Source of the DNA: Chitinophagales bacterium
Lineage (GTDB): Bacteria; Bacteroidota; Bacteroidia; Chitinophagales; UBA10324
Direction: 5' to 3'
Length of the DNA stretch: 64,000 nt
Assembly (NCBI GenBank): GCA_025057275.1
Contig: JANWXQ010000105.1
Location: 53,943-117,942, forward strand
Numbering within the stretch: position 1 is the first letter of the stretch; every line of letters starts with the position of its first letter. The notes beneath the pieces were generated by a model. It searched no databases, was not told the origin of the DNA, and saw nothing but the letters and a program-made list of their open reading frames with translations. Of this stretch, positions 1-10,300 are shown piece after piece. The translations under genes and the position numbers were made by a program.

Positions 1-3000
1 GCCACCGTCAGGCGGCCATTACCGGCCACCTGCCAACCGGCTACCTGTTCAGACAAAACTTCCAGCTCTTCCGTTCCAATGTGCCACTTCATGCCTTCGT
101 TTTCAAAAACGACAAAACCGTCTTGTTCAATTTTCCTTATTTGTTCCGTTGTCAACTGTTCAGCAAACTGCTGAAATGCTTTCATGTGTCGTCCCAGTTT
201 CTTTCCCAGCAATTTGAAGTTGGGCTTCACGCGCTTGCGTAACAGGGGAGAATCGTAGTCGATGAATTCCAACTCCTTGACGTTGATTTCTGAAAGGATT
301 AACTGTTTCACCCGCTCAACCTGTTGTTTTTGGCTATCGTCGCTTACGGGCAGCAAAACCTTTCGCAACGGCTGGCGCACTTTAATGTTGACCTTTTTCC
401 TAATGGAAAGAGCCAGTGAACAAATGTCCTGAGCCAATTCCATGCGCTCCTCCAACCTGGAATCCTGAACAGAGGCATCGTAAGCCGGCCAGGCGGCCAG
501 GTGAACCGATGAGGGAACGTCGCCGCTCTCCCTTGAAGCGGCTGCGAGATTACGGAAGAGCCAGTCGCTGAAAAACGGCGCTATCGGGCTCATGAGTTGC
601 GCCAGCGTGCGGAGGCATTGATGCAGGGTTTCAAAAGCTGCCAGCTTATCCTGATTGATGCTGCCATCCGGCAGGGTCAGATTTCCTTTCCAAAACCGAC
701 GACGCGATAAGCGGACGTACCAGTTGCTCAGGTGCCGGTCCACAAACTCTTCCACCATCCGGGCTGCCGGCGTGGGGTCATAATCGTCCAAGCAACGGGT
801 AACCCGCTGCACCAACGTCTGCAGCCGCGACAGGATCCAGCGGTCCAGTTCGGCACGCTGCGCTAGGGGTGGGGCCTTGGCGATTCCGGGCACATAGCCA
901 TCAATGTTGGCATAAAGGGCAAAAAAGGCATACGTGTTGAACAAGGTGCCAAAAAGATTTTTGCGCACCTCATCAACTCCGTGGAGATCAAATCGCAGGT
1001 TATCCCAGGGCTGGGCATTGCTCATCAGATACCAGCGGGTGGCATCGGCACCATAAGCGCTGATGACTGCAAAGGGATCCACTACATTGCCCAGCCGCTT
1101 GCTCATCTTGTTGCCGTGTTTATCCAGCACCAAACCATTGGCAAGCACGTTGCGGAAGGCTACCGAATCAAAAAGCATGACGGCCAACACATGCAGCGTA
1201 TAAAACCAGCCTCGCGTCTGATCAACACCTTCTGCAATGAAGTGGGCCGGAAAATCCAGCCTTTGATCAATTTTCTCTTTATGCTCAAAAGGATAATGCC
1301 ACTGGGCATAGGGCATAGCCCCACTGTCGAACCATACATCCACCACGTCAGCAACCCGATACATGGGCTGACCGTCATCGGCCATCAAAACGATTTCATC
1401 TACATAAGGCTTATGCAGTTCGGGTTGCAGGCCTTTACGGTGCAATTCCTGCTGGTAAGGGGTAGCCAGTCCGGCCGCCACGGCTTTTGCTGATTCCTGC
1501 ATGAGCTGGGCCACCGAACCGATGCAGCGTTCTTGTTTGCCGTCCGCCGTTCGCCAGATGGGCAGCGGCGTGCCCCAGAAACGTGAGCGGCTCAAGTTCC
1601 AGTCCTGCACGTTTTCCAGCCAGTTGGCAAACCGGCCTTCGCCGGTAGCCGGCGGTTTCCAGTTGATCTGCCGGTTGAGCTCCACCAACCGATCGCGGCA
1701 GGCCGTTACGCGAATGAACCAGGATTGCAGCGGATAATAAAGCACCGGTTTATCGGTACGCCAGCAATGCGGGTAATTGTGCTCGTACTTTTCGATGCGA
1801 AACGCTTTGTTTTCCTGCCGGAGCTTCAGGGCAATCCGTTCGTCAACAGATAGAAATTTTTTCCAACCATACCTGCGGCATAAAGCGGCTTTTTCTTCCT
1901 CACTGTAGTACTGTTCTTTGACGTACTCGCCGGCAAAATCGGTTACCTGCTCGACGAAACGACCCTGCAGATCCACCAAAGGCACCTGTCGGCCCGTGGC
2001 ATCGGCCACCGTGATGGAAGCAATACCGTTGGCCTTACAGATGCGGAAGTCGTCGGCACCAAACAGCGAGGCCGTGTGCACAATACCGGTGCCTTCATCG
2101 GTGGTGACAAAGTCACCGGTAATCACTTCAAAGGCTTTCCCCTGAGGCTGCACGTAAGGCATCAACTGCTCGTACTGCATCCCTGCCAGCCGGCTGCCTT
2201 CCACTTCAGCGACGATGCGGTACGGAACCTCTTTATCGCCGGGCTGGTAGTTGTCCAGAGGGGCGTTCTGTTGCCCGGGATTGAAATAGCGCGAAATGAG
2301 TTCGGCAGCCAGCACCACAGCCTGTGGCCGTGCCGTAAAGGGATTCAGGGTTTCAACCAGTGCATAGCGAATGCCGGCACCTACGGTCAGCGCACAATTG
2401 GATGGCAGGGTCCACGGGGTGGTTGTCCAGGCCAGCAGGTAAACATCCTGAGCGGTGAGCGCCTGGAGCCACTGGCTGCGTTCGTTGCGTTTCACCAGGA
2501 ATTGGGCCACCAGGCTGACATCTTTGATGGGTTTATAGGTTCCGGGCTGATTGAGTTCGTGCGAGCTGAGGCCACTGCCGGCAGCTGGTGAATACGGTTG
2601 AACAGAATAATCTTCATATAAATACCCTTTATCATACAACTGGCGCAGGAGCCACCACAGCGTTTCTATGTAAGCATTATCGAATGTGATATAGGGATGC
2701 TCCAAATCTACCCAATATCCCATGCGGCGGGTCAGATCATCCCATACTTCTTTGTACTTCATCACCTCCCGCCGGCAGGCTTCATTGAATTGTGCTACGG
2801 AAATGGTGTTGCCGATGTCATCCTTGCGAATGCCCAGCAGCTTTTCCACGCTCAGCTCCACCGGCAGGCCGTGGGTATCCCAGCCGCTTTTCCGCTCCAC
2901 GCAATTGCCACGCATGGTTTGGTAGCGGCAGAACAAATCTTTAATCGTTCGGGAAATAACATGGTGAATACCGGGCAGGCCGTTGGCTGAAGGCGGGCCC

Positions 3001-3137
3001 TCATAAAACACAAAGCGGGGTCCGTTTTTGTTCTGCTCGATGCTTTTTTCAAAAACCCGGTGCTGCTGCCAGAATGCGCCGATTTCCTGGTCAATCTGCG
3101 GCAGGTTCAGGGTTCGGTATTCCGGATAGATGGGCAT
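1..3137 (-). CDS. ileS: Isoleucine--tRNA ligase, long (type 2) form; partial, C-terminus lies beyond the left window edge
   Basis: Absent from the ORF track because the frame runs off the edge without a stop. My own minus-strand translation from the ATG at 3137-3135 gives MPIYPEYRTLNLPQIDQEIGAFWQQHRVFEKSIEQNKNGPRFVFYEGPPSANGLPGIHHVISRTIKD, which carries the class I HIGH-type signature. HGNKMSKRLGN (KMSKS-type loop) is encoded in the same frame, with KMSKR at 1095-1109. Around 180-240 the frame reads LRKRVKPNFKLLGKKLGRHMKA, typical of the IleRS C-terminal region. About 1045 codons are present. Confidence 0.93.
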   Translation of the reverse strand, partial: MPIYPEYRTLNLPQIDQEIGAFWQQHRVFEKSIEQNKNGPRFVFYEGPPSANGLPGIHHVISRTIKDLFCRYQTMRGNCVERKSGWDTHGLPVELSVEKLLGIRKDDIGNTISVAQFNEACRREVMKYKEVWDDLTRRMGYWVDLEHPYITFDNAYIETLWWLLRQLYDKGYLYEDYSVQPYSPAAGSGLSSHELNQPGTYKPIKDVSLVAQFLVKRNERSQWLQALTAQDVYLLAWTTTPWTLPSNCALTVGAGIRYALVETLNPFTARPQAVVLAAELISRYFNPGQQNAPLDNYQPGDKEVPYRIVAEVEGSRLAGMQYEQLMPYVQPQGKAFEVITGDFVTTDEGTGIVHTASLFGADDFRICKANGIASITVADATGRQVPLVDLQGRFVEQVTDFAGEYVKEQYYSEEEKAALCRRYGWKKFLSVDERIALKLRQENKAFRIEKYEHNYPHCWRTDKPVLYYPLQSWFIRVTACRDRLVELNRQINWKPPATGEGRFANWLENVQDWNLSRSRFWGTPLPIWRTADGKQERCIGSVAQLMQESAKAVAAGLATPYQQELHRKGLQPELHKPYVDEIVLMADDGQPMYRVADVVDVWFDSGAMPYAQWHYPFEHKEKIDQRLDFPAHFIAEGVDQTRGWFYTLHVLAVMLFDSVAFRNVLANGLVLDKHGNKMSKRLGNVVDPFAVISAYGADATRWYLMSNAQPWDNLRFDLHGVDEVRKNLFGTLFNTYAFFALYANIDGYVPGIAKAPPLAQRAELDRWILSRLQTLVQRVTRCLDDYDPTPAARMVEEFVDRHLSNWYVRLSRRRFWKGNLTLPDGSINQDKLAAFETLHQCLRTLAQLMSPIAPFFSDWLFRNLAAASRESGDVPSSVHLAAWPAYDASVQDSRLEERMELAQDICSLALSIRKKVNIKVRQPLRKVLLPVSDDSQKQQVERVKQLILSEINVKELEFIDYDSPLLRKRVKPNFKLLGKKLGRHMKAFQQFAEQLTTEQIRKIEQDGFVVFENEGMKWHIGTEELEVLSEQVAGWQVAGNGRLTV

Positions 3138-3162
3138 AATAAAGCGCAAAAACGTTCTGATG

Positions 3163-5598
3163 CTAGTTGCGTTCTTCCGCCAGATGCGGCTCAGGCACAT
3201 GATCTTCCGGACCGGTAACATCCAAATGATCAGCAGGGGTAACCTGCGGCAGGCGGCGGCGATCCACCCAGTGCCGCATGGCCAGCAGCAGCGAAGGCAG
3301 CAACAGCAGATTGTTCACCATGGCCACCACCAGCGTGATGGACGTCAGCAGGCCCAGATAAAATGTACCGCCAAAGTGCGATAAGGTAAAGATGATGAAT
3401 CCGAAAAACAGGATCAGTGAAGTGTAGATGATGCTGATGCCTGCTTCGTACAAGGCCACCGATACGGTTTGCCCGATATCCCAATGGTGCCGATGCAGTT
3501 CCTGCTGGTACTTGGCCAGAAAACGAATGGCATTGTCGATGGCAATACCGAAAGCGATGGAGAAGATCAGCACCGTAGAGGGCTTTAACGGAATGCCGAA
3601 AAAGCCCATCAGTCCTGCCGTAATCACCAGAGGAATCAAATTAGGAATCAGGGAAAAAACAATCATGCGCCAGCTGCGAAACAGATAGCCCATGCACAGG
3701 GCGATGAGCAAAAAGGCCAGCAACAGGCTGTCGGTAAGTCCGTCAATGATGTAGCGACTGCCCTCCAGAAAAACAACGCTGGCTCCGGTAAATGTGATCC
3801 GGTAGGCTGATGTATCAAAAATGGCAGCAACGATCGGAGCAATGCGCTGAAGCAGGGTATCCATTTTCAGCGTGCCCACATCGGCTACCGCCAACGAGAT
3901 GCGGGCCACCTGACGGCTGCTGTCCACAAACGTTGCCAGCAACCGGCTGCTGTCTTTGGCACCTCCTAAATAAGACAAAAGGAAGGGGCGCTCCAGTTCA
4001 TTGGGCAGCCGGTAGTCCTCGGGGCCTCCCTGGAAGTAAGCCTGCCGGGCAAACTTTATGCCCTCTACAACCGACAAGGGGCGGGAGAATTCGTCAAAAT
4101 GCGAAAGGCTGTCCTGAAACTGATCAATTTTTTTCAGCCGAGAGCCCTGCAACACCCCGCCTTTTTTGCGGGTATCCACCAGCACTTCAAATGGCATAAC
4201 CCCATGAAAATGCTGTTCGAAAAACTTCAAGTCGGTGTACACCTGATCGTCATGGGGAATGTCGTCAACGATAAAGCCGGTGGTTTTCAAACGCAGGATG
4301 CCGATCAGTGCCAGGCCAACCATTGCTGCCGTGCCGATGAAAATCCACCGACGTCGGTAAAACACCAGATGCTCCAGCCAGCGCAGCAGCTTGCGCAACC
4401 AGCGATTGTCCAGATAATTGATGTGCCGGGGTTTGGGCTCAGGCACATAGCTGTAAAAACCCGGAATCAGAATGATGCTGATCAGGAAAATGGCGGCTAT
4501 GTTCAGGCCGGCTACCAGGCCGAATTCCTTGAGGATCTGACTTTGGGTAAAGAAAAACACGCCGAAGCCGATGGCTGCCGTCAGGTTGGTAAACAATGTG
4601 GCCAGGCCGATTTTTTCCACCATCCGCGCCAAGGCCTTTACCTGATTGCCATGTTTGACGTATTCCAGATGATATTTATTTAACAGATATATACAATTGG
4701 TTATGGAAATTACGACCACCAGGGGAGGAATCAGGCCGGTAAGGATGGTTACTTCATAGCCCAGCCAGTGAATGGTGCCCAGCGTCCATATTACAGCAAT
4801 GGCTACCACGAGCAGCGACACCACCACGGCATAGCCGGAACGCAACACCAGCAGCAACACGAGCAGGGTGGCTCCGGCCGCCAGCAACAGAAACAACTTC
4901 ATTTCATCGGCAATGCGGGTAGTCATCACCGTGCGGATGAGCGGCATGCCACTATAGTGCACCCGGATGCCTGTCTGATCGGTGAACAAAGCGCCGTAAT
5001 CGGTAATACGCTGCACGGTAGCTTCGCGCGCCCTGCTATTGAGCCGCTGACTTTGAATGCGCACGGCCATAAGCGTGGCACCGGTCTGCGGATTGTACAA
5101 CAACCCCTGGTAAAACGGCAACTGTTCAAACTGCCGGCGCAGCGAGTCCAGAAGACGTCGGCTCATGCGATAATCAGGGAACAAGGCAAAAGGCACCAAC
5201 CGCTTCAACGCCGTGTCGCGCCGTAATCCATAAGCCCGGTTAATGGAAAGCACTTGTTCTACACCGCTGATCCGGCTGATCTGATCGGCCAGTTGCTGCC
5301 AGGCATAAAACACCGATGGGGTGAACAGGCTGTCGCTAAGAATGCCCAGCACCAGCACATTGCCATCTTCGCCAAATTGTTTCTTGAAGGCTACATAGTC
5401 GGCGTACCTGGGATTGCTGGTCGGAATGATCTGCGGATTGCTGTACGTCATCTGCACCTGACGGGCATGATAAAACAGAAATGCCGTAACGGCCAGTAGT
5501 GCAGTCAGAAACCACAGGCGGTAACGGATGAGTAAGCTGGCAATTAGTTGCCACATCAGGGCCGCAAAGCTAACGAAACGCCTTCCGCCAGATGACAA
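3163..5598 (-). CDS. MMPL/RND-superfamily (HpnN-like) integral membrane transporter
   Basis: 811-aa ORF with two clusters of about six hydrophobic helices, each following a large soluble loop. This is the size and layout of MMPL/HpnN-type exporters rather than AcrB. The 5598 start is TTG. An in-frame ATG at 5556 (MWQLIASLLIRYRLW...) may be the true start. Confidence 0.8.
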   Translation of the reverse strand: MSSGGRRFVSFAALMWQLIASLLIRYRLWFLTALLAVTAFLFYHARQVQMTYSNPQIIPTSNPRYADYVAFKKQFGEDGNVLVLGILSDSLFTPSVFYAWQQLADQISRISGVEQVLSINRAYGLRRDTALKRLVPFALFPDYRMSRRLLDSLRRQFEQLPFYQGLLYNPQTGATLMAVRIQSQRLNSRAREATVQRITDYGALFTDQTGIRVHYSGMPLIRTVMTTRIADEMKLFLLLAAGATLLVLLLVLRSGYAVVVSLLVVAIAVIWTLGTIHWLGYEVTILTGLIPPLVVVISITNCIYLLNKYHLEYVKHGNQVKALARMVEKIGLATLFTNLTAAIGFGVFFFTQSQILKEFGLVAGLNIAAIFLISIILIPGFYSYVPEPKPRHINYLDNRWLRKLLRWLEHLVFYRRRWIFIGTAAMVGLALIGILRLKTTGFIVDDIPHDDQVYTDLKFFEQHFHGVMPFEVLVDTRKKGGVLQGSRLKKIDQFQDSLSHFDEFSRPLSVVEGIKFARQAYFQGGPEDYRLPNELERPFLLSYLGGAKDSSRLLATFVDSSRQVARISLAVADVGTLKMDTLLQRIAPIVAAIFDTSAYRITFTGASVVFLEGSRYIIDGLTDSLLLAFLLIALCMGYLFRSWRMIVFSLIPNLIPLVITAGLMGFFGIPLKPSTVLIFSIAFGIAIDNAIRFLAKYQQELHRHHWDIGQTVSVALYEAGISIIYTSLILFFGFIIFTLSHFGGTFYLGLLTSITLVVAMVNNLLLLPSLLLAMRHWVDRRRLPQVTPADHLDVTGPEDHVPEPHLAEERN

Positions 5599-5643
5599 GC
5601 CGTTGAGCAGAAAAGCCTATATTTCGGAATCAAAGCTCCGCAC

Positions 5644-6198
5644 ATGAGTTTCCTGCGCTTTCTGCTTGCCGCAGTGTTGGTATTAGCCCTCGTGGCCGTC
5701 ATCCTCTCTGCGGTGGCTCCAACCCGCATGGAGCTGACGCGCGACATCTACATTCAGGCCCCCCTGCAGCAGGTCTGGCAACAGGTCAGCACCCTGCAGC
5801 AAATGGACCGCTGGTCCCCATGGAATGAACTGGACCCCAACATGAAAAAAACCATTGAAGGAACCGATGGCACGGTGGGCGCCGTTATGCACTGGGAAGG
5901 AAATCAGGATGCCGGATCCGGCAAACAGACCATTTCTGCCGTAGAGCCTCTGCATCGCATCGATTTGAAAATAGAATTCCTTAAACCCTTTCGCTCAGAA
6001 GCAGACAGCTACATTCAGGTGGACGATTCCGGAGGCGGCACCCAGGTAACCTGGGGCTTCAGCTCCGTAACCCCAAGGCCGTTTAACATCGTTTACATTT
6101 TCATGGATATGGAAAAACTCATAGGTCAGGACTATGAGAAAGGGCTTCGCCGCCTGAAAGAACTCACCGAACAGGAGCATCTTTCTGCTCCTTCCTGA
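5644..6198 (+). CDS. SRPBCC (START/Bet v1-like) superfamily protein with N-terminal membrane anchor
   Basis: 184 aa. It has an N-terminal hydrophobic helix (LLAAVLVLALVAVILSAVA). The rest has the size and pattern of polyketide-cyclase/SRPBCC proteins (APLQQVWQQVSTLQQMDRWSPW..., ...GGGTQVTWGF...). Confidence 0.65.
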   Translation: MSFLRFLLAAVLVLALVAVILSAVAPTRMELTRDIYIQAPLQQVWQQVSTLQQMDRWSPWNELDPNMKKTIEGTDGTVGAVMHWEGNQDAGSGKQTISAVEPLHRIDLKIEFLKPFRSEADSYIQVDDSGGGTQVTWGFSSVTPRPFNIVYIFMDMEKLIGQDYEKGLRRLKELTEQEHLSAPS

Positions 6199-6294
6199 AA
6201 AAATGCACTGATCGGATACGGATCGGGGCTTGTCCGTTCAGGCTGCATCAGACTTTTGCCCCGGTGAAATAGTTTTACATTCAGTTATTCTGCC

Positions 6295-7173
6295 ATGAAA
6301 TTCTCCAAGGCAATGGGCTTTCTGGCCGCAGCCGTTTGGGCTGTATTGGCAAGTTGCACGTCAGAGCCCGTGGTTCCTGATACCCCTGATGTCGGGGGAA
6401 GTCAGCTGAAGGATACCGTTTTTTATAATGTTTCCTATGGTGCCCACGAACGCCACAGGTACGACATCTACCTGCCAAAAGGCCGCAGCGACAGCACCCC
6501 TGTGGTGTTGATGATTCACGGCGGCGCATGGAAGGCCGGGCAAAAGGAAGATATGAATTATTACGTTAACCAGCTCCGCTCTGTCTGGAGTGATGTGGCA
6601 ATCGTTAATACGAACTACCGGCTGGCCAGCAATGCCGAAAACATTCATCACAACGAAATCATGGCTGACCTCGATGCTGCGGTGGCCCACCTGATCGCCA
6701 ACAGGAATTCGTATCAGATCTCCTCGCGCATAGGCCTGTTTGGTGCCAGCGCCGGCGGGCAACTGGCCCTCATCTATGCCTACCGATACAACCCTGACAT
6801 CCGCTGCGTGGCCAGCCTGTTCGGCCCTACCATCATCAGCGACTGGAGCTGGTACAGCAGCTTTAACCCCTGGCTGGGCAGCTCTATAGGGGAAATTCTC
6901 ACCGAATACGTTGGCATGCCCTGGGATACCGCAGCATACAATGCCGTGAGTCCGTATTGGAACATAACACCCACCACCCAACCTACCCTGCTGTTCCACG
7001 GCACGTGGGATCCCATAGTGCCCGTGTATCAAAGCCAGTGGATGTATGGCAAACTCATCCAATCAGCCGTTGCTGCCGAGTACTACGAATACCCCGCCTT
7101 TCACAGTTTTGATGACACCCAATCGCTGGATGTGGTCACCAGGACAAAAACGTTCTTCAAGAAATACATGTAA
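6295..7173 (+). CDS. Alpha/beta-hydrolase lipoprotein (esterase/lipase family)
   Basis: 292 aa. It has a signal peptide with lipobox (AVLASC), the HGGAW oxyanion-hole motif, the GASAGG nucleophile elbow (G-x-S-x-G) and a late His (FHGTWDPIVP, AFHSF). Confidence 0.8.
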   Translation: MKFSKAMGFLAAAVWAVLASCTSEPVVPDTPDVGGSQLKDTVFYNVSYGAHERHRYDIYLPKGRSDSTPVVLMIHGGAWKAGQKEDMNYYVNQLRSVWSDVAIVNTNYRLASNAENIHHNEIMADLDAAVAHLIANRNSYQISSRIGLFGASAGGQLALIYAYRYNPDIRCVASLFGPTIISDWSWYSSFNPWLGSSIGEILTEYVGMPWDTAAYNAVSPYWNITPTTQPTLLFHGTWDPIVPVYQSQWMYGKLIQSAVAAEYYEYPAFHSFDDTQSLDVVTRTKTFFKKYM

Positions 7174-7388
7174 GAAGCAACCACTATTCAATTTAGAATA
7201 TCCCTTAATAACTATTCAAGTCCATCTGGGGCTGAATGCGCTGTTTTTTGCGCAAAGAGGAAAGGATACCACATGCAACACAGCTCACTGCACTTACAAA
7301 AAAATCCCGTCCTGTTTTCTTGAATTGTTTGCGATGCTATGATGAGGCCATGCTTTTGAGCAGGGAAAACATGGCTGTTGGTCCAACC

Positions 7389-10300
7389 CTAAAGCTTTGC
7401 CGTTGAGTCAGCTTCAGCCCCCACGGCATTGAGTTCTTGGAAAATACGCAAAGCCTGGTTAAAGTCAGCCACATGCCGAATGGTAATGACCATATTTTTT
7501 TGCCGCTGTACGAGCTGACAGCGGTGCGGATGTGTTGTCACGTACTGCATGATGCGCGAAAACGCCTCCGAGTCGTAGAACGGTGAGTCGGGGTCTTCCA
7601 CGGTGTACCATTTCATGATACCGCCCCGCAGTTGCACCTTGGCCAGGCCAAGGCGCCGGGCCAGCAAGCGGAGGTGCATGGCCTGCATCAGCCGATGCAC
7701 TGCCTGAGGCATGGGCCCGAAGCGATCCACCAACCGGTGTGCGAATGCCTGCAGTTCGCCCTCATCCTGCAGCTTGTCTAATTCGGTGTACAGCGCCAGC
7801 CGCTCGTTGATGTTGGAGACATAATCGTCGGGAATCAGCAGTTCCACATCAGCCTCCACCGTGCATTCGGAAACGGAAGGAAGCGCTTCGGGCAATTGGG
7901 CATGTTCCGACTGGCTGCGCCGCAATTCGCGCAACGCTTCATCCAGGATTTTCATATATGTTTCATAACCAATTTCCGTGATGAAACCGCTCTGTTCAGC
8001 ACCCAGGATGTTGCCGGCACCTCGAATGTCCAGATCCCGCATGCTGATCAGGAAACCGCTGCCCAGATCGGTAAATTCTTCAATGGTGCGCAGCCGGCGC
8101 CGCGCATCCTCCGTGAGTGTGCTGGCCGGTGGGGTGATCAGATAACAGAATGCTTTGCGGTTGCTGCGTCCCACCCGTCCACGCAACTGATGCAGATCAC
8201 TGAGGCCAAACAAATGGGCATCGTTTATCAGAATGGTATTGGCATTGGGAATATCCAGTCCGCTTTCCACAATGTTGGTGCATACCAGCACATCGTACCG
8301 GTGTTCAATAAATCCGATCATGATCTCCTCCAGCTGTTCATCCTTCATTTGTCCGTGTGCTGCGGCAACCTGATACTCCGGACACAGCTGGCGAATCAGC
8401 TCGGCAATCTGGTCTATGTCTCTGATGCGGTTGTGGATGAAAAACACCTGGCCGCCCCGTTCCACCTCAAAACGTATGGCATCGCGGATGCGGTCGGCGT
8501 CCATTACGATGTGCTCGGTTTCTATAGGCTGGCGGTTGGGCGGAGGCGTGTTGATGATGGACAGGTCGCGGGCCCCCATCAGCGAAAACTGAAGCGTACG
8601 GGGAATGGGCGTAGCGGTAAGCGTAAGTGTATCTACTGTGGTGCGCAGCTTCCGGATCTGTTCTTTGGCGGCAACACCGAACTTTTGCTCTTCATCAACA
8701 ATCAACAGGCCCAGGTCTTTGAAGCGTACCCGTTTGCCCAACAGGGCGGTGGTGCCGATGATGATGTCGATGCGGCCTTCTTCCAGTTTCCGAAGGGTAG
8801 CCTTTTGTTCGGATGCCGTTTTGAACCGGTTGAGGTAATCGACGGTGCAGGGAAATTCGCTTAGCCGCTCGGCAAAGGTCTTGTGATGTTGCAGTGCCAG
8901 AATAGTGGTTGGAACGAGCACAGCCACCTGCTTACCATCGGCAACGGCTTTGAAGGCAGCGCGTATGGCCACTTCGGTTTTGCCAAATCCCACATCGCCG
9001 CAGATGAGCCGATCCATGGGAAACGATTTTTCCATGTCGGCCTTTACGGCCCGCGTGGCTTTGAGCTGATCGGGGGTATCTTCATACATGAAGCTGGCCT
9101 CCAGCTCGGTCTGCAGGTAGGTGTCGGGGGAAAAAGCAAAACCCCGGGTGGCACGCCGTTCGGCATAAAGGGCAATGAGTTCTTTAGAAATATCCTGAAT
9201 ACGATCTTTCACCCGTCGTTTGAGCTGTTCCCACGCGGCGCTGCCCAGCTTGTTGACCCGCGGGGGCGTGCCGTCCTTTCCGACGTAGCGGCTGATCTTG
9301 TGCAGCGACTGGATGTCCACGTAAAGCAGGTCTTTATCGCGGTACACCAGACGAACGGCCTCGCGCCGGATGCCGTTGACTTCAATTTTCTCCAATCCAC
9401 TGAATATGCCTACCCCGTGGTCAATATGGGTAACGTAATCGCCGGGGTTCAGTTCAGCCAGCAGTTTGAGGGCAAGAATCCGGCTTTGCGAATAGCCTTC
9501 GCGAAGGCGGTAACGGTGGTAGCGGTCAAAAATCTGATGATCGGTAAAGCAGGCTATGCGCACATCGTGATCGATGAAACCGGCCTGAATCGCAAAAGGC
9601 ACAGGCTGATAAGTGATGCCGGCTTTGAGGTCTTCCAGAATAGCTTCCAGACGTTGCAACTGCTGGCGGCTGTCGGAAAAAAGCAGAATGCGGTACTGTT
9701 CTGCCTGCAGCTTGCTCCATTGCTCAATCAACAGAGGAAACTGTTTGTGAATGGAAGGCTGTGGGGACTGATTGAAAGCGATTCTGCAGGTAACCGCAGG
9801 GTCCGGAGTCAGGGTAATCCGAGGCCATGCCGACCAGCTTTGCTGCAGCTCATGGGCTGCAATCCATTTAGACTCCGAACCGGTTACATCCACCGCTTCA
9901 TTCAGCGGCGTCTGTGCCGTCTCTGCCCTGGGGGCCAACTCATCCAGGCGATCCAGGCAAAAGCGCTCATTGGCCATCCATAATACGCTGCCGGCAGGCA
10001 GAAGGGCCGGAAGCGGAACCCCGCCCGGGCGAAAAGCCGCCTGCTGGGTGTTGGCCACTATGCGGATGAAGTCGTGCCGGGCTTCACTGACCTGACTGAG
10101 CGGATCAAACGTGCGCAGGCTTTCTATGTTGTCAGAAGAAAATTCAATACGAAAAGGCAGGTCGCTCCCGTAGGAAAATACATCCATAATGCAGCCGCGC
10201 ACGGCAAACTGACCGGGTTCGTATACAAAATCGGCAGGGGCAAAACCCTTTTGCTGCATCTGTTGAGCCAGCTCATCCTGATCAACCGTCTGACCGCATC

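Noticed and set aside
981-2990. Plus-strand ORFs 981-1493, 1918-2145, 2076-2591 and 2697-2990
   Set aside because: They lie antisense to the ileS frame that I translated by hand. Their sequences show no recognisable family.
7347-7375. Imperfect hairpin GCCATGCTTTT-N8-AAAACATGGC in the convergent gap between the hydrolase gene and mfd
   Set aside because: It has a bulged stem and no flanking T-run on either strand, so I did not call it a terminator. The 215-nt gap showed no tRNA-like or other ncRNA signature that I could recognise by eye.
7896-9983. Plus-strand ORFs of 322 aa (7896-8864) and 366 aa (8883-9983)
   Set aside because: Both are antisense shadows of mfd. They show no domain signatures, and mfd motifs are unambiguous on the other strand.
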